Shown: piece after piece, positions 1-9,389 of the stretch
Layout: every line of letters begins with the position of its first letter
Numbering within the stretch: the stretch's first letter is position 1
Source: Candidatus Doudnabacteria bacterium
Lineage (GTDB): Bacteria; Patescibacteriota; JAQUNI01
Reading direction: 5' to 3'
Assembly (NCBI GenBank): GCA_041644975.1
Contig: JBAZQX010000005.1
Location: forward strand, 13,068-77,067
DNA: 64,000 nucleotides
The notes under the pieces: model-generated
The model's input: the letters and a program-made list of their open reading frames with translations, nothing else
Database searches by the model: none
Told to the model about the DNA's origin: nothing
Translations under genes and position numbers: made by a program

Positions 1-721
1 CAACAGTGGTGATTTGATTCCAATCCCCTTCAATGCTCACCACATGTCTGCCGCCGGCTAGTTCAATAATTTGATAAATCAAAGTCCGAGTGGGAGCTGT
101 CCAAAGAGGATCGTGCCAGATCTCTAAGAACACCTTCGGTCTTTGGTCATCCGGGAGATTACTGGTTTTTTCTTGAACGACCCTCACCCTTTTATCCAAG
201 ATAACTGTTAAATCCTGGGCTTCTTGAGATTTCCCCGTAAGTTTCCCTAAATTTTTAATTTGGGCTAATAAATCTTCAACGGTTTCCGCTTCCAACACAT
301 AAACTTTAATATCAAGCTCTTCTAGTCTCTCTATGGCTTGTTTTTGCACTCCACTTGTCGTAAAAACCACATCAGGGTTCAAAGAGATAATTTTTTCCAA
401 ATTGGGGGTAGCAAAACCACCAATTTTTTCTTTGGAAGCTACCTTTTCAGGAGGATAGTCGCAATAATCTGTTATTCCCACAATTTCTTTATCCAAACCC
501 AAGGCAAAAAGGATTTCTGTATTTGAAGGAGCTAGTGAAACAATCCTTTGTGGCTTTTGTTCAAGGACAATTTCCTTTCCCCTGGAATCTATGGCGGAAA
601 AAATAGCTTTCGCTGGGCTGGGAATCTCTTTCTGCGGGCTCTCCTGGATCTTCCAAATTACATAGAGAGCCATAAAAATAATTATAACCAAACAAATTGT
701 TAACCAAAAAAACTTTTTCAT
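1..721 (-). CDS. btuF: Cobalamin/cobinamide-binding ABC substrate-binding protein, 3' end outside the window
   Basis: Not in the ORF track. Manual translation MKKFFWLTICLVIIIF...DSRGKEIVLEQKPQRIVSLAPSNTEILFALG...GITDYCDYP...PNLEKIISLNPDVV matches the class III helical-backbone binding protein pattern, in a cob operon context. Confidence 0.85.
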   Translation of the reverse strand, partial: MKKFFWLTICLVIIIFMALYVIWKIQESPQKEIPSPAKAIFSAIDSRGKEIVLEQKPQRIVSLAPSNTEILFALGLDKEIVGITDYCDYPPEKVASKEKIGGFATPNLEKIISLNPDVVFTTSGVQKQAIERLEELDIKVYVLEAETVEDLLAQIKNLGKLTGKSQEAQDLTVILDKRVRVVQEKTSNLPDDQRPKVFLEIWHDPLWTAPTRTLIYQIIELAGGRHVVSIEGDWNQITTV

Positions 722-807
722 AGATTTATCTTTTTAAATTAATTAATTATAATTGACAGTGAGGGAAAAATGAAAGTTTGCTTTCATTTTGACCGAACGA
801 ACCAATT

Positions 808-1533
808 TCAAGCTTTGCTTATAATTTTGACCTTGTGCAGCTTCTGTTTATTCCTCACTTGCCACTTCTGAATATCTAAAAACCAATGGGGCCAGAAACC
901 TCTCCTCTGAACCGTCCGGCTTTTTGTTATTTCTATCCCCCCTCCTTTGAATAGAGGACCATCAATGACAAAAGTGTGAAATTCTCCATTTTCGCCGCAA
1001 GGGCAGATTTTCCTTTCTTTAAGCTCTTGTAAAAATTGATGATTTATTTCACGACCAATAATATCTTTCTCAAATAATTCTGCTTTGGCACTCACAACCA
1101 CTGCCTTAAAACCCAAATGGATAAACTCTTCAATAATTTCCTCGGGAGATATTTGCCATAGAGGTTCTATTACTTTTATTTTTAAATCCTTACAAACCCT
1201 TTGCACCCAATTTTTATGTTCTGTTAAATAAATATCTCCAAAAACCATTCCTTTGACTTTTTTCGTTTTCAGATGGTTTACTGCCTCTTTAAACTCCTTC
1301 TCATAAAGCTTCATATCAGGACTAACCTTCTTTTGAAACAAAGAGATACCGATCAAATCCGCCTGTAAATTAATTAACTCTCTTTGGATGCCATGAAAAC
1401 AGCATCTTTTATACTTTTCAGAAATAAAATTTAAAAGATATCTTATTTGATAGCCCCTTTCCATTGCTTTATAACAAGCAAGACAGCTATCTTTGCCTCC
1501 ACTCCAGGAAGCAGCTACTTCTAAATTAACCAT
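808..1533 (-). CDS. PP-loop ATP pyrophosphatase, diphthine-ammonia ligase (Dph6/MJ0570)-like
   Basis: Motifs SWSGGKDS, FGDI, PLW and PCGENGEFHTFV. Confidence 0.85.
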   Translation of the reverse strand: MVNLEVAASWSGGKDSCLACYKAMERGYQIRYLLNFISEKYKRCCFHGIQRELINLQADLIGISLFQKKVSPDMKLYEKEFKEAVNHLKTKKVKGMVFGDIYLTEHKNWVQRVCKDLKIKVIEPLWQISPEEIIEEFIHLGFKAVVVSAKAELFEKDIIGREINHQFLQELKERKICPCGENGEFHTFVIDGPLFKGGGIEITKSRTVQRRGFWPHWFLDIQKWQVRNKQKLHKVKIISKA

Positions 1534-1656
1534 ACCCTATAGAATAACTTTGACATTATTGTGTGGTCAAAGTTTTAAAAATTAGTCTATTTATTTAATA
1601 AAAATTTTCTCTATACCCCATATCACATTTCTTGAAAAACCTTAGTCAAAATTTCT

Positions 1657-2451
1657 CTACGGGGCATACAAACTTAAATTAATAGAATTAATACAATAAA
1701 CGGAGACCAAAAATACTACTTCTATTGTTTCAATAATTGCGCCGTAGGTGTCTCCAGTCATTCCGCTTATCTTTCTATTTATCCATCTACCTAACAAAAT
1801 TAGGACCATAAATACCCCTAACCAAATCACAATTCCCTTTAATTGAAGTAATAAACCTATTAAAATAGCCATAAAGAGAGTAGCCCCAATTAACTCTTTT
1901 TCCCCTACTAATTTAGCAAATGGTTCTCCAATGCCCTTTCCTTTTCTCGCATAAGGATAGATTTTAGCAAGATAGACAACGCCCCACCTTGAAAGAGCTG
2001 GCATCAAAATTAAAACTGGATAACGAACAGCGGGTTGCATCTCATTTAAAAAAGAGAATTTTAGTGACAACAGACAAATAACTGCCAATATACCAAAAGA
2101 TCCTATTTTACTATCTCGCATAATCTCTAATATTCTATTTTTATTCTGGCCAGAGAAGAGACCATCTATTGAATCCATAAAGCCATCTAGATGTAAAGCG
2201 CCGGTAACTATTATTAAGATAATCAATATAAACAGATTAACAATTGCATCAGGAAAAAGAGGTCCGAAGATGAAATCAACCGCTACCAGCAGCAACCCAA
2301 TTAATGCTCCCACCAATGGAAAATAGCTGACGGATTTTGCCAGTTCTTTATCTTGAATCTCCCAGTCTTTACCAACAGGAAGAATAGTCAAAAATTTAAG
2401 GGCAACTAAAAAAGATTTCACCCCATTAGAAATTTTGCTTTTTTGAAACAT
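1657..2451 (-). CDS. cobS: Cobalamin synthase (adenosylcobinamide-GDP ribazoletransferase)
   Basis: FLTILP, TGALHLDGFMD, IMRDSKIGSFG and GMTGDTYGA motifs; polytopic membrane protein. Confidence 0.95.
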   Translation of the reverse strand: MFQKSKISNGVKSFLVALKFLTILPVGKDWEIQDKELAKSVSYFPLVGALIGLLLVAVDFIFGPLFPDAIVNLFILIILIIVTGALHLDGFMDSIDGLFSGQNKNRILEIMRDSKIGSFGILAVICLLSLKFSFLNEMQPAVRYPVLILMPALSRWGVVYLAKIYPYARKGKGIGEPFAKLVGEKELIGATLFMAILIGLLLQLKGIVIWLGVFMVLILLGRWINRKISGMTGDTYGAIIETIEVVFLVSVYCINSINLSLYAP

Positions 2452-2497
2452 AGTGATTCAATCTATTGACCCGCTAGAATATAATTTCTAACGGGGT

Positions 2498-3601
2498 TCA
2501 TAATTTTTTAGAAACCGAGGCTTCTTCAAAGGTAGCCATCTCATTTAATATTTTAGTCGCCGCTTCAATAATACCTATCCCCAAGGCCGCACCAGTGCCC
2601 TCACCAAGTCGCAGTTCAAGATCAAATAGGGGTTCAAGTCCCATTTTGTCTAAAATGATTTTATGGCCTCTTTCAACTGAACAGTGGGCGGCAAATAAGT
2701 AATCTTTAACTTGAGGCGCCAAACTGTAAGCTATCAAGCCAGCAGCCCCAACAATAAAACCATCAAGGACTACCGGGAGTTGATGGGCTGCCCCAGCCAA
2801 AATTACCCCAACAAGTCCCCCTATTTCAAAACCGCCAACTTTCGCTAAAGTATCTATAAGGTCTCTTGGGTTAGGTTGATTGATCTCCAGGGCTTGTCTA
2901 ATTACCTCTATTTTGTGCTCAAGTATAGCATCATCAATACCCGTGCCACGGCCAGTGACTTCTCTTACATCGGTGCCAGTGATAGCGGCTGTAATAGCGC
3001 TTGAAGAAGTAGTATTACCTATTCCCATATCGCCTGTGCCAATTATATCTACTCCTCGAGAGAGTTCATCTTCAACCAGCTCCATTCCTGTTTTAATCGA
3101 TTGAATTGCCTGTTCATAACTCATAGCCGGGCCCCTTGCTATATTCTTAGTTCCATAAGCCACCTTTTTATTAACTATTTCTGGGCGGGGTTCTAAATCT
3201 GTGGCCACTCCCATATCTACCACAATAATCCGAGCTCCAACATGCCTGGCTAAAACATTAATACCTGCTCCGCCTCCCGCGAAGTTATAAACCATCTGGG
3301 CAGTTACTTCCACTGGATAAGCGCTCACTCCTTCAGCTACTACTCCATGATCTCCGGCCAGGATAAATATAACCTTTTGTTTAATCACCGGGGTAAGATG
3401 ACCTTTTATCCCTGAAATTCTCTCAGCTATTTCCTCGATTCTTCCTAGGCTACCAAGCGGTTTGGTCAGATTATCTAATCTTTCCCGGGCCTTCTTCATT
3501 ACCTCTTTATTTATTGGTTTAATTTTTGAGATTGTTTCTTTGATACTTCGACACGGCTCAGTATCAACCCTGAGCTTGTCGAATAGGTTGATTCTTTCCA
3601 T
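2498..3601 (-). CDS. cobT: Nicotinate-nucleotide:dimethylbenzimidazole phosphoribosyltransferase
   Basis: LTKPLGSLGRIE, GDHGV, GDMGIGNTT and LRLGEGTGA motifs. Confidence 0.95.
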   Translation of the reverse strand: MERINLFDKLRVDTEPCRSIKETISKIKPINKEVMKKARERLDNLTKPLGSLGRIEEIAERISGIKGHLTPVIKQKVIFILAGDHGVVAEGVSAYPVEVTAQMVYNFAGGGAGINVLARHVGARIIVVDMGVATDLEPRPEIVNKKVAYGTKNIARGPAMSYEQAIQSIKTGMELVEDELSRGVDIIGTGDMGIGNTTSSSAITAAITGTDVREVTGRGTGIDDAILEHKIEVIRQALEINQPNPRDLIDTLAKVGGFEIGGLVGVILAGAAHQLPVVLDGFIVGAAGLIAYSLAPQVKDYLFAAHCSVERGHKIILDKMGLEPLFDLELRLGEGTGAALGIGIIEAATKILNEMATFEEASVSKKL

Positions 3602-4109
3602 ATTGTTTTATATTAATCGGGATACCAGCAAACATTACATAAAATTCATCCGATGCCTCAGCAAACATCTGATTTGTCCTACCTAAAACATCGCGATAGT
3701 CTCTGCCGAGTTTAGTTTCTGGGTGAAGACCACACCCCACCTCATTAGAAACTAAAATAACATCGGACTCTGACTCCTTAATAGCCTTAATTATCTTTTT
3801 AATATGATCTAAAATCTGGGTTTCCGGTAAATCCATTAAATAAGAGGTATAAATAGTTAGGCAATCCATCAGAATGACTCCGTTCTTCTCTTGTCTAATC
3901 TTTTTATCTAAATTACTCTTAACTTCTATGGTTTTCCACTCCTTAGGTCTAGTATTTTTATGAATTTTAATTCTTCTCCTCATATCCGAATCCATAGGCG
4001 TAGCAGTAGCTATAAAGGTAACTTTTTTACCTGATTTTTGAGCCAATTCAAGGGCAAAACTACTTTTTCCGGCTCTCACTCCACCTAAAATAAAGATCAG
4101 TTTTCCCAT
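3564..4109 (-). CDS. cobU: Adenosylcobinamide kinase / adenosylcobinamide-phosphate guanylyltransferase
   Basis: GGVRAGKS, IATA, DCLT and VSNEVGCG...RDVLG motifs. Confidence 0.95.
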   Translation of the reverse strand: MGKLIFILGGVRAGKSSFALELAQKSGKKVTFIATATPMDSDMRRRIKIHKNTRPKEWKTIEVKSNLDKKIRQEKNGVILMDCLTIYTSYLMDLPETQILDHIKKIIKAIKESESDVILVSNEVGCGLHPETKLGRDYRDVLGRTNQMFAEASDEFYVMFAGIPINIKQYGKNQPIRQAQG

Positions 4110-4140
4110 AAAGCTTGCCCGACAGTAGAGCTCTGCTCTA

Positions 4141-4734
4141 CTATAGGGTATGATTAATTAAAGAAATTATACTCATGTTCTTATAGATTTCTATTATATT
4201 TATGGCTCCTATATCTTGTTTAATTTGCCACAAATAAGAAGAAGGCAAGTTTAAAAGACTGCAAATTATAATCCTATTTACGCCAGCATGAGAAACAATC
4301 ACCACCGTTCCTTCTTCTTTGGTTAAAATTTGCTCCAATACCTTATTTACCCTGTTTTTGAATTTCCGGAAAGATTCTCCTCCGGGAATTTTTGTATTCA
4401 GAGGATCTAAAAGATATTTTTGCGCTAGATTAGGATATTTTTTTTGAATCTGGTAAAATGTCTTTTCTTTCCAACTGCCAAAATCAAACTCATTAAACCC
4501 TTCCTCTTTCCTGATCTTTAAGCAATACGGTTTAGCAATAACAGTGGCCGTTTGATAAGCCCGTTTTAAACCACTTGAATAAATGGTGGAAATACTTTTA
4601 TTTTTTAAGTAGCCAGAAATGCGTTCGGCTTGTTCCCAACCTTTTCGGTTTAGGGCGACATCAGTCACTCCTAAATATCTTTGTTGCCTGCTCCCTTCAA
4701 CTGCCGTATGTCTTATTAAAATTAACTCAATCAT
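4141..4734 (-). CDS. cobC: Alpha-ribazole phosphatase (histidine phosphatase)
   Basis: LIRH, SSGLKRA, EFDFGSW, GGES and VSHAG motifs; first gene of the cob operon. Confidence 0.8.
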   Translation of the reverse strand: MIELILIRHTAVEGSRQQRYLGVTDVALNRKGWEQAERISGYLKNKSISTIYSSGLKRAYQTATVIAKPYCLKIRKEEGFNEFDFGSWKEKTFYQIQKKYPNLAQKYLLDPLNTKIPGGESFRKFKNRVNKVLEQILTKEEGTVVIVSHAGVNRIIICSLLNLPSSYLWQIKQDIGAINIIEIYKNMSIISLINHTL

Positions 4735-4842
4735 TTTATTACTTTAAAACCCACTCTCTTCGAGTGGGTTTATCTATATTTATAGTATAAATAATACCTT
4801 TCTCTTTAGCTCGAAGAGAAAATAAGTGTGGTCTATAAGAAT

Positions 4843-4975
4843 GCGGGATCAGCGCTCTGGCTTGTCCCAACAGACTTGTTGGGCTTCACAGTTGCGGCAC
4901 AGCGCCTGATTTATACAGGACTTTCCTGACCGACCCAAACTGCAAGTTTGGGCTGCATCTTTTTTTGAACAACGT
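4843..4975 (-). ncRNA. Cobalamin riboswitch (compact form); boundaries approximate
   Basis: Minus strand reads AGGAAAGTCCTGTATAAATCAGGCGCTGTGCCGCAACTGTGA...AAGCCAGAG, matching the GGAA / T-loop / CCGCnACTGT / B12-box layout. It lies upstream of cobC. Confidence 0.85.
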
Positions 4976-4990
4976 TCAAGATATAACTTT

Positions 4991-5020
4991 ATAATATACC
5001 TTAACTTTATCCCTTGTCAA
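4991..5020 (-). promoter_or_regulatory. Sigma70 promoter of the cob operon
   Basis: TTGACA-16 nt-TATATT immediately upstream of the riboswitch. Confidence 0.6.
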
Positions 5021-5155
5021 AAACTACAGTTAAAATAAATATTTGGAATCCTCGATATTATTTCTTACTTCTTTAGATATACACTCCTCTTTTCTTTAAT
5101 CGATCTCTTTCAATGCCGTGCATTACGACCCAAAGGAACCATAACCTGAAATAAA

Positions 5156-5190
5156 GAAACAACCCCATGAAAACCCGGGGTTGTTTTTGA
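5156..5190 (-). terminator. Intrinsic terminator after the ABC-2 permease
   Basis: AAACAACCCC...GGGGTTGTTT hairpin with T-rich flanks. Confidence 0.7.
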
Positions 5191-5208
5191 TATTAATAGA
5201 TTTCAGGG

Positions 5209-5991
5209 TCAATTTTTCTTGTTAAACGCGATCACGGCGGCGGAGACTAAAACCGCGGAAAAGACGACCAAAAACAATACATTAATATAGATGGGGTGTA
5301 AGATAAGGCGATGGCTAACCTCGGGCGAGATATGGTTATGCAAAAAAATCTGCCGCATTGCGTCCACGCCATAGGTCAAAGGGTTTAAGCGCGATAAAGC
5401 CATCATCCAGCTAGGCACGCTCGTCAGCGGAAAGAAAGCGCCGGAAAGAAAAAACATTGGGAAAACCAAAACTTGCATTAAAAGCCCAAAACTCTCCGTG
5501 GTCTTCATTAAAGAAGCGATAAACAAACCCATCCCCGCCACGGCAAAAGAAAGAAGGAGCATTAAGGAAAAAATCTCGGGAATCATCGCAAGATGCAAAT
5601 CCAGTCCAATAAAAGGAGCAATCACCAATAAAATCAGCCCCTGCAAAACGGCGATGGTCGTCGCCCCTAAAGTTTTGCCAATCGCAATCGCCGTGCGCGA
5701 AACTGGAGCGACCAAAATCTCTTTCAAAAAACCAAATTCCCGATCCCAGACCGTGGAAATGGTGGAAAAAAACGCCACTCCCATCACGCTCATCGCGATA
5801 ATCCCCGGATACATAAACTGGATAAAATCCACGCCGAAATCTCCCCGCGCCAAAGTGCTACTTAAACCCGCGCCAAAGATCACTAAAAACATCAAGGGCT
5901 GGAAAAGAGTGGAAAAAATCCTGGTTTTATCCCGCCAATAGCGGATAATTTCGCGCTGCCAAATTGTAATGATAGGTTGAATAAAATACAT
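5209..5991 (-). CDS. ABC-2 type exporter permease (DrrB-like)
   Basis: Six-TM pattern; DREFGFLKEILVAP, FLSGAFFP and NPLTYGVD motifs. Confidence 0.9.
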   Translation of the reverse strand: MYFIQPIITIWQREIIRYWRDKTRIFSTLFQPLMFLVIFGAGLSSTLARGDFGVDFIQFMYPGIIAMSVMGVAFFSTISTVWDREFGFLKEILVAPVSRTAIAIGKTLGATTIAVLQGLILLVIAPFIGLDLHLAMIPEIFSLMLLLSFAVAGMGLFIASLMKTTESFGLLMQVLVFPMFFLSGAFFPLTSVPSWMMALSRLNPLTYGVDAMRQIFLHNHISPEVSHRLILHPIYINVLFLVVFSAVLVSAAVIAFNKKN

Positions 5992-6988
5992 AAAAGTTTT
6001 GTTTCAATAGGGCTTTTTTAATGTCTGTGCATTCTCCCGCGAGCGCGCATCCGCTCTTGCGATGATGCTTGCTGCTTCCGAATGGCGCGACCAGTAAGGC
6101 GCAAAAAACATCCTCCAGAGTGGGCTTGCGAAGCGCGATCGCGTCAATCTTAGTCGTGAGTTCATTAAAAAGACGCGGCAAAAATCTTTCGCCGTCTTGC
6201 ACTTCCAGTTGCAAAATATGATCCTTCTCTTTAATCTTGGTTTGATATCGCGCTTGCAGCTCTTCTTTTAATCTTTCTTCATCCCCGCTTTTCATTTCAA
6301 TAATATCGCACCCCACTTTCTTCTTTAAATTGGAAGGCGTGTCTAGAGCCACCAACTTGCCATAATCAATAATCCCGATCCGGTCGCAATATTCCGCTTC
6401 ATTCATATAATGCGTGGTCATAAAAATGGTCATCGCTCGCTCTTCTTTTAATTTCAAAATATATTCCCAAAAATGCGCCCGCGTTTGAGGATCAAGGCCT
6501 ATCGTCGGCTCATCCAAAAAAAGTACTTGCGGATAATGGATTAAACCCCGCGCGATCTCCAAACGGCGCTTCATTCCTCCGGAAAATTTTTTGACGATGT
6601 CTTTGCGGCGATCCCAAAGGTCCACAAGGCGCAATACTTCTTCCATCCGTTTTTTATACTCTTCTTTAGGCACGCCATAAAGCTTAGCGTGAAAACGCAG
6701 ATTCTCTTCGCTGGTCAGATGATCGTCCAGAGAAGGGTCTTGAAAAACAAGCCCTATGGACTTGCGCACCTTGTCCCTCTCCGAGAGAACATTAAAACTA
6801 TTGATATACGCCTTCCCCGTCGTAGGAGTAAGGAGCGTGGAGAGAATATTAATCGTCGTGGACTTGCCCGCGCCATTAGGCCCCAAGAAACCAAAAATCT
6901 CCCCTTTTTGGACATTAAAAGAGAGGGCGTTAACCGCCGTAACCTCGCCGAATCTCTTGGTTAAATTTTGGACTTCAATGATATTCAT
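5927..6988 (-). CDS. ABC exporter ATP-binding subunit (DrrA-like), with an apparent frameshift near the 3' end; corrected stop at 6018
   Basis: GPNGAGKS, FSGGMKRR, LDEPT and KPTLEDVF motifs. Confidence 0.9.
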   Translation of the reverse strand: MNIIEVQNLTKRFGEVTAVNALSFNVQKGEIFGFLGPNGAGKSTTINILSTLLTPTTGKAYINSFNVLSERDKVRKSIGLVFQDPSLDDHLTSEENLRFHAKLYGVPKEEYKKRMEEVLRLVDLWDRRKDIVKKFSGGMKRRLEIARGLIHYPQVLFLDEPTIGLDPQTRAHFWEYILKLKEERAMTIFMTTHYMNEAEYCDRIGIIDYGKLVALDTPSNLKKKVGCDIIEMKSGDEERLKEELQARYQTKIKEKDHILQLEVQDGERFLPRLFNELTTKIDAIALRKPTLEDVFCALLVAPFGSSKHHRKSGCALAGECTDIKKALLKQNFYVFYSTYHYNLAARNYPLLAG

Positions 6989-7093
6989 ATTTTACCCCGT
7001 TAGAGAACAAGATTCTCTAACGGGGTTTACAAATTCTAGTCTGATGTTCTTATTATATACTGCATTGCCAATATTATAAAATCGCTCTTTTTT

Positions 7094-7678
7094 ATGATTT
7101 TTGTTATAATAATCCATATGAATATTGAGGTGGAAACTAAAATTCAATTAGAGAGTTTAGAAAAAGTGCGCAAAAAATTAAAGACCATTGGAGGTAGTTT
7201 GAAAGAGTCAATGCGCCAAATTGATGAATATTATGTCCCCTGCCACCGCGATTTTTTCTTAAGCCAACCCTGCGTTGAATGGCTCCGCGTGAGGCAAAAT
7301 CCCGACCGCGCGATTTTTGAATACGACAAATCTATTGTCTGCCGCAAAGACAGCGCCCAAAATTATGCTGAAGAATATGAAGTAGAAGTAAAACAACCCG
7401 AGAACCTTAGAAAAATTCTAAAATTTTTGGATTTCAAAAAAATCGTCACTGTTGATAAACAAAGAGAATATTGGCAATGTGAAGATTTCGAAATCGCTTT
7501 GGATCAAGTCAAAAATCTCGGTTTTTTCATAGAAGTAGAAGCACAAGGCAATTTTCTAAATACTAAAATAGCAAGAGCGGGTTGTGCTCGCTTTTTAACC
7601 CAAAAATTAGGAATCAAGGATTGGCAAAAACGGCAGGTTAAAACCGGGTATCCGGTTTTGCTTTTAAAAAAAATGTAA
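7094..7678 (+). CDS. CYTH domain protein (class IV adenylate cyclase/triphosphatase family); start probably 7118
   Basis: EVETK, QIDEYY, LRVR, EEYEV, KQREYW and LGFFIEVE motifs. Confidence 0.85.
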   Translation: MIFVIIIHMNIEVETKIQLESLEKVRKKLKTIGGSLKESMRQIDEYYVPCHRDFFLSQPCVEWLRVRQNPDRAIFEYDKSIVCRKDSAQNYAEEYEVEVKQPENLRKILKFLDFKKIVTVDKQREYWQCEDFEIALDQVKNLGFFIEVEAQGNFLNTKIARAGCARFLTQKLGIKDWQKRQVKTGYPVLLLKKM

Positions 7679-8457
7679 TGATTAGTAGAGACGTTATATT
7701 ACAACGTCTCTATACGAAAATATATATGATGAATTCTGATCAAAAAACAATTAAAACATACAATAAAATCGCCAAAGAATACGCCGCCCGCGGTTATAGT
7801 AACCCGCTTTTTTGGCACAGGGAATTTAAAATTTTTCAAAAATTGATTTCGGGGAAAAAGATTATAGACATTGGATGTGGGTCGGGCAAAGATGCATTGC
7901 TGTTTATAAAGAACAAATTCGATTATATTGGCATTGATGCCTCTTCCGGATTGCTTCGCGAAGCGCGCAAGTTCATAAACCCCGTTAGAGAACCTCATTC
8001 TCTAAACCCGTCTAGAAATCTATTTCTAACGGGGTCGGCTTTAAAAAATTCTAACCACCAACTAAAGTCGGTGGCTTTCTCTAACGGGGTAAAAAGCGGC
8101 AAATTTATTTTGATGAATTTCTACAAATTAAATTTTCCCCGAAATCATTTTGACGGCTTTTGGGCTGCTGCTTCCCTCCTGCACATCCCCAAACGCCGCG
8201 TCGCCAAGGTCCTTCGCGCCATTAGAAAAATTATTAAACCCCAAGGCGTAGGATTTATCGCCCTCAAAGAAAAAAGACATCTTGACGAAGGCATCATCAA
8301 AGAAAAAAAACACGGCGGGATTGAGCGGTATTTCGCTTTTTACACTAAATCAGAATTCAAAAAAATTTTAGAACAGAACGGATTTGAAATTTTAAAAAAC
8401 CATATTCGTCAAGAAGAAGATACAAATTGGCTTTGCTATTTTGTGAAGAAAATATAA
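7678..8457 (+). CDS. Class I SAM-dependent methyltransferase with an in-frame palindromic insertion; start probably about 7727
   Basis: IIDIGCGSGKD, GIDAS and FDGFWAAASLLH motifs. Confidence 0.85.
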   Translation: MISRDVILQRLYTKIYMMNSDQKTIKTYNKIAKEYAARGYSNPLFWHREFKIFQKLISGKKIIDIGCGSGKDALLFIKNKFDYIGIDASSGLLREARKFINPVREPHSLNPSRNLFLTGSALKNSNHQLKSVAFSNGVKSGKFILMNFYKLNFPRNHFDGFWAAASLLHIPKRRVAKVLRAIRKIIKPQGVGFIALKEKRHLDEGIIKEKKHGGIERYFAFYTKSEFKKILEQNGFEILKNHIRQEEDTNWLCYFVKKI

Positions 8458-8475
8458 ACTTACACATCTAATCTT

Positions 8476-9186
8476 ATGACCATCAAAAAGAAAACCTGGC
8501 CAGCGTATTTTGAAAAAGTCGCGAGCGGCAAAAAGAAATTTGATTTGCGCTTAGCGGATTTCAAAATCAAAGAAGGTGATATTTTAATCTTGGAAGAATG
8601 GGATCCTAAAACTCAAAAATACACCGGGCGCAAGATTAAAACGCGCGCGACCTATGTCTTGAAAACAAAAGACTTGCCTTTCCATTCAAAAGCAGAAATC
8701 AAAAAATACGGTCTGCAGGTAATTCAAATTGAACTTACTAAAACGCAAAATCTTGCGTCTTCACATCATTATTTCCCCCGCGGCGTAGAAATAGTCAATG
8801 TCGCGATTATCAAAAATAAAAAAGGTGAAATCCTGATTGCCCGCTCGCCCAAATGGTCAAACAAATGGACTCTCCCCGGCGGCCATTTGGAGCCCGACGA
8901 AAATCTCTTAGCTAGCGCGCAAAGAGAGGCGGAAGAAGAAACAGGTCTCAAAGTAAAACCAGTTAAGATCATTGATTTCAATGAGCTTATTAACTCTCCA
9001 GATTTTCACCGTCCCAGCCACTTTGTTTATTATGATTGTCTCTTTGAATTTGTCAGGGGCAAACTGAAATTAGAAAAACACGAATTATCTGAAGCCAAGT
9101 GGGTGCTGCCAGAAAAGGCGTTAAAACTTGACTTAGCTGACGGCTGTCGCAAAAGTATTCAGAATTATCTAAAATTAAAGATATAG
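8476..9186 (+). CDS. DUF3850/ASCH-like domain fused to a NUDIX hydrolase
   Basis: N-terminal KTWPAYFEKVASGKKKFDLR...GDILILEEW; C-terminal Nudix box GGHLEPDENLLASAQREAEEETGL. Confidence 0.85.
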   Translation: MTIKKKTWPAYFEKVASGKKKFDLRLADFKIKEGDILILEEWDPKTQKYTGRKIKTRATYVLKTKDLPFHSKAEIKKYGLQVIQIELTKTQNLASSHHYFPRGVEIVNVAIIKNKKGEILIARSPKWSNKWTLPGGHLEPDENLLASAQREAEEETGLKVKPVKIIDFNELINSPDFHRPSHFVYYDCLFEFVRGKLKLEKHELSEAKWVLPEKALKLDLADGCRKSIQNYLKLKI

Positions 9187-9389
9187 TAGAGACAGGTTTT
9201 AAACCTGTCTCTAAAACTATTGCCTTTTTATCTTCATAATGTTATAATACAAACATAAGTAGGGTTTTTCTCAAAAGTGGTATTTATAAAGTAGTAGAGA
9301 CGTAAAATTTTGCGTCTCTGGAAATAAAAGACCTCAAGTGAGAAGTTAAGTCGTCCTACAAAAATTTAATCAAGCAAAACAATCTCAAA

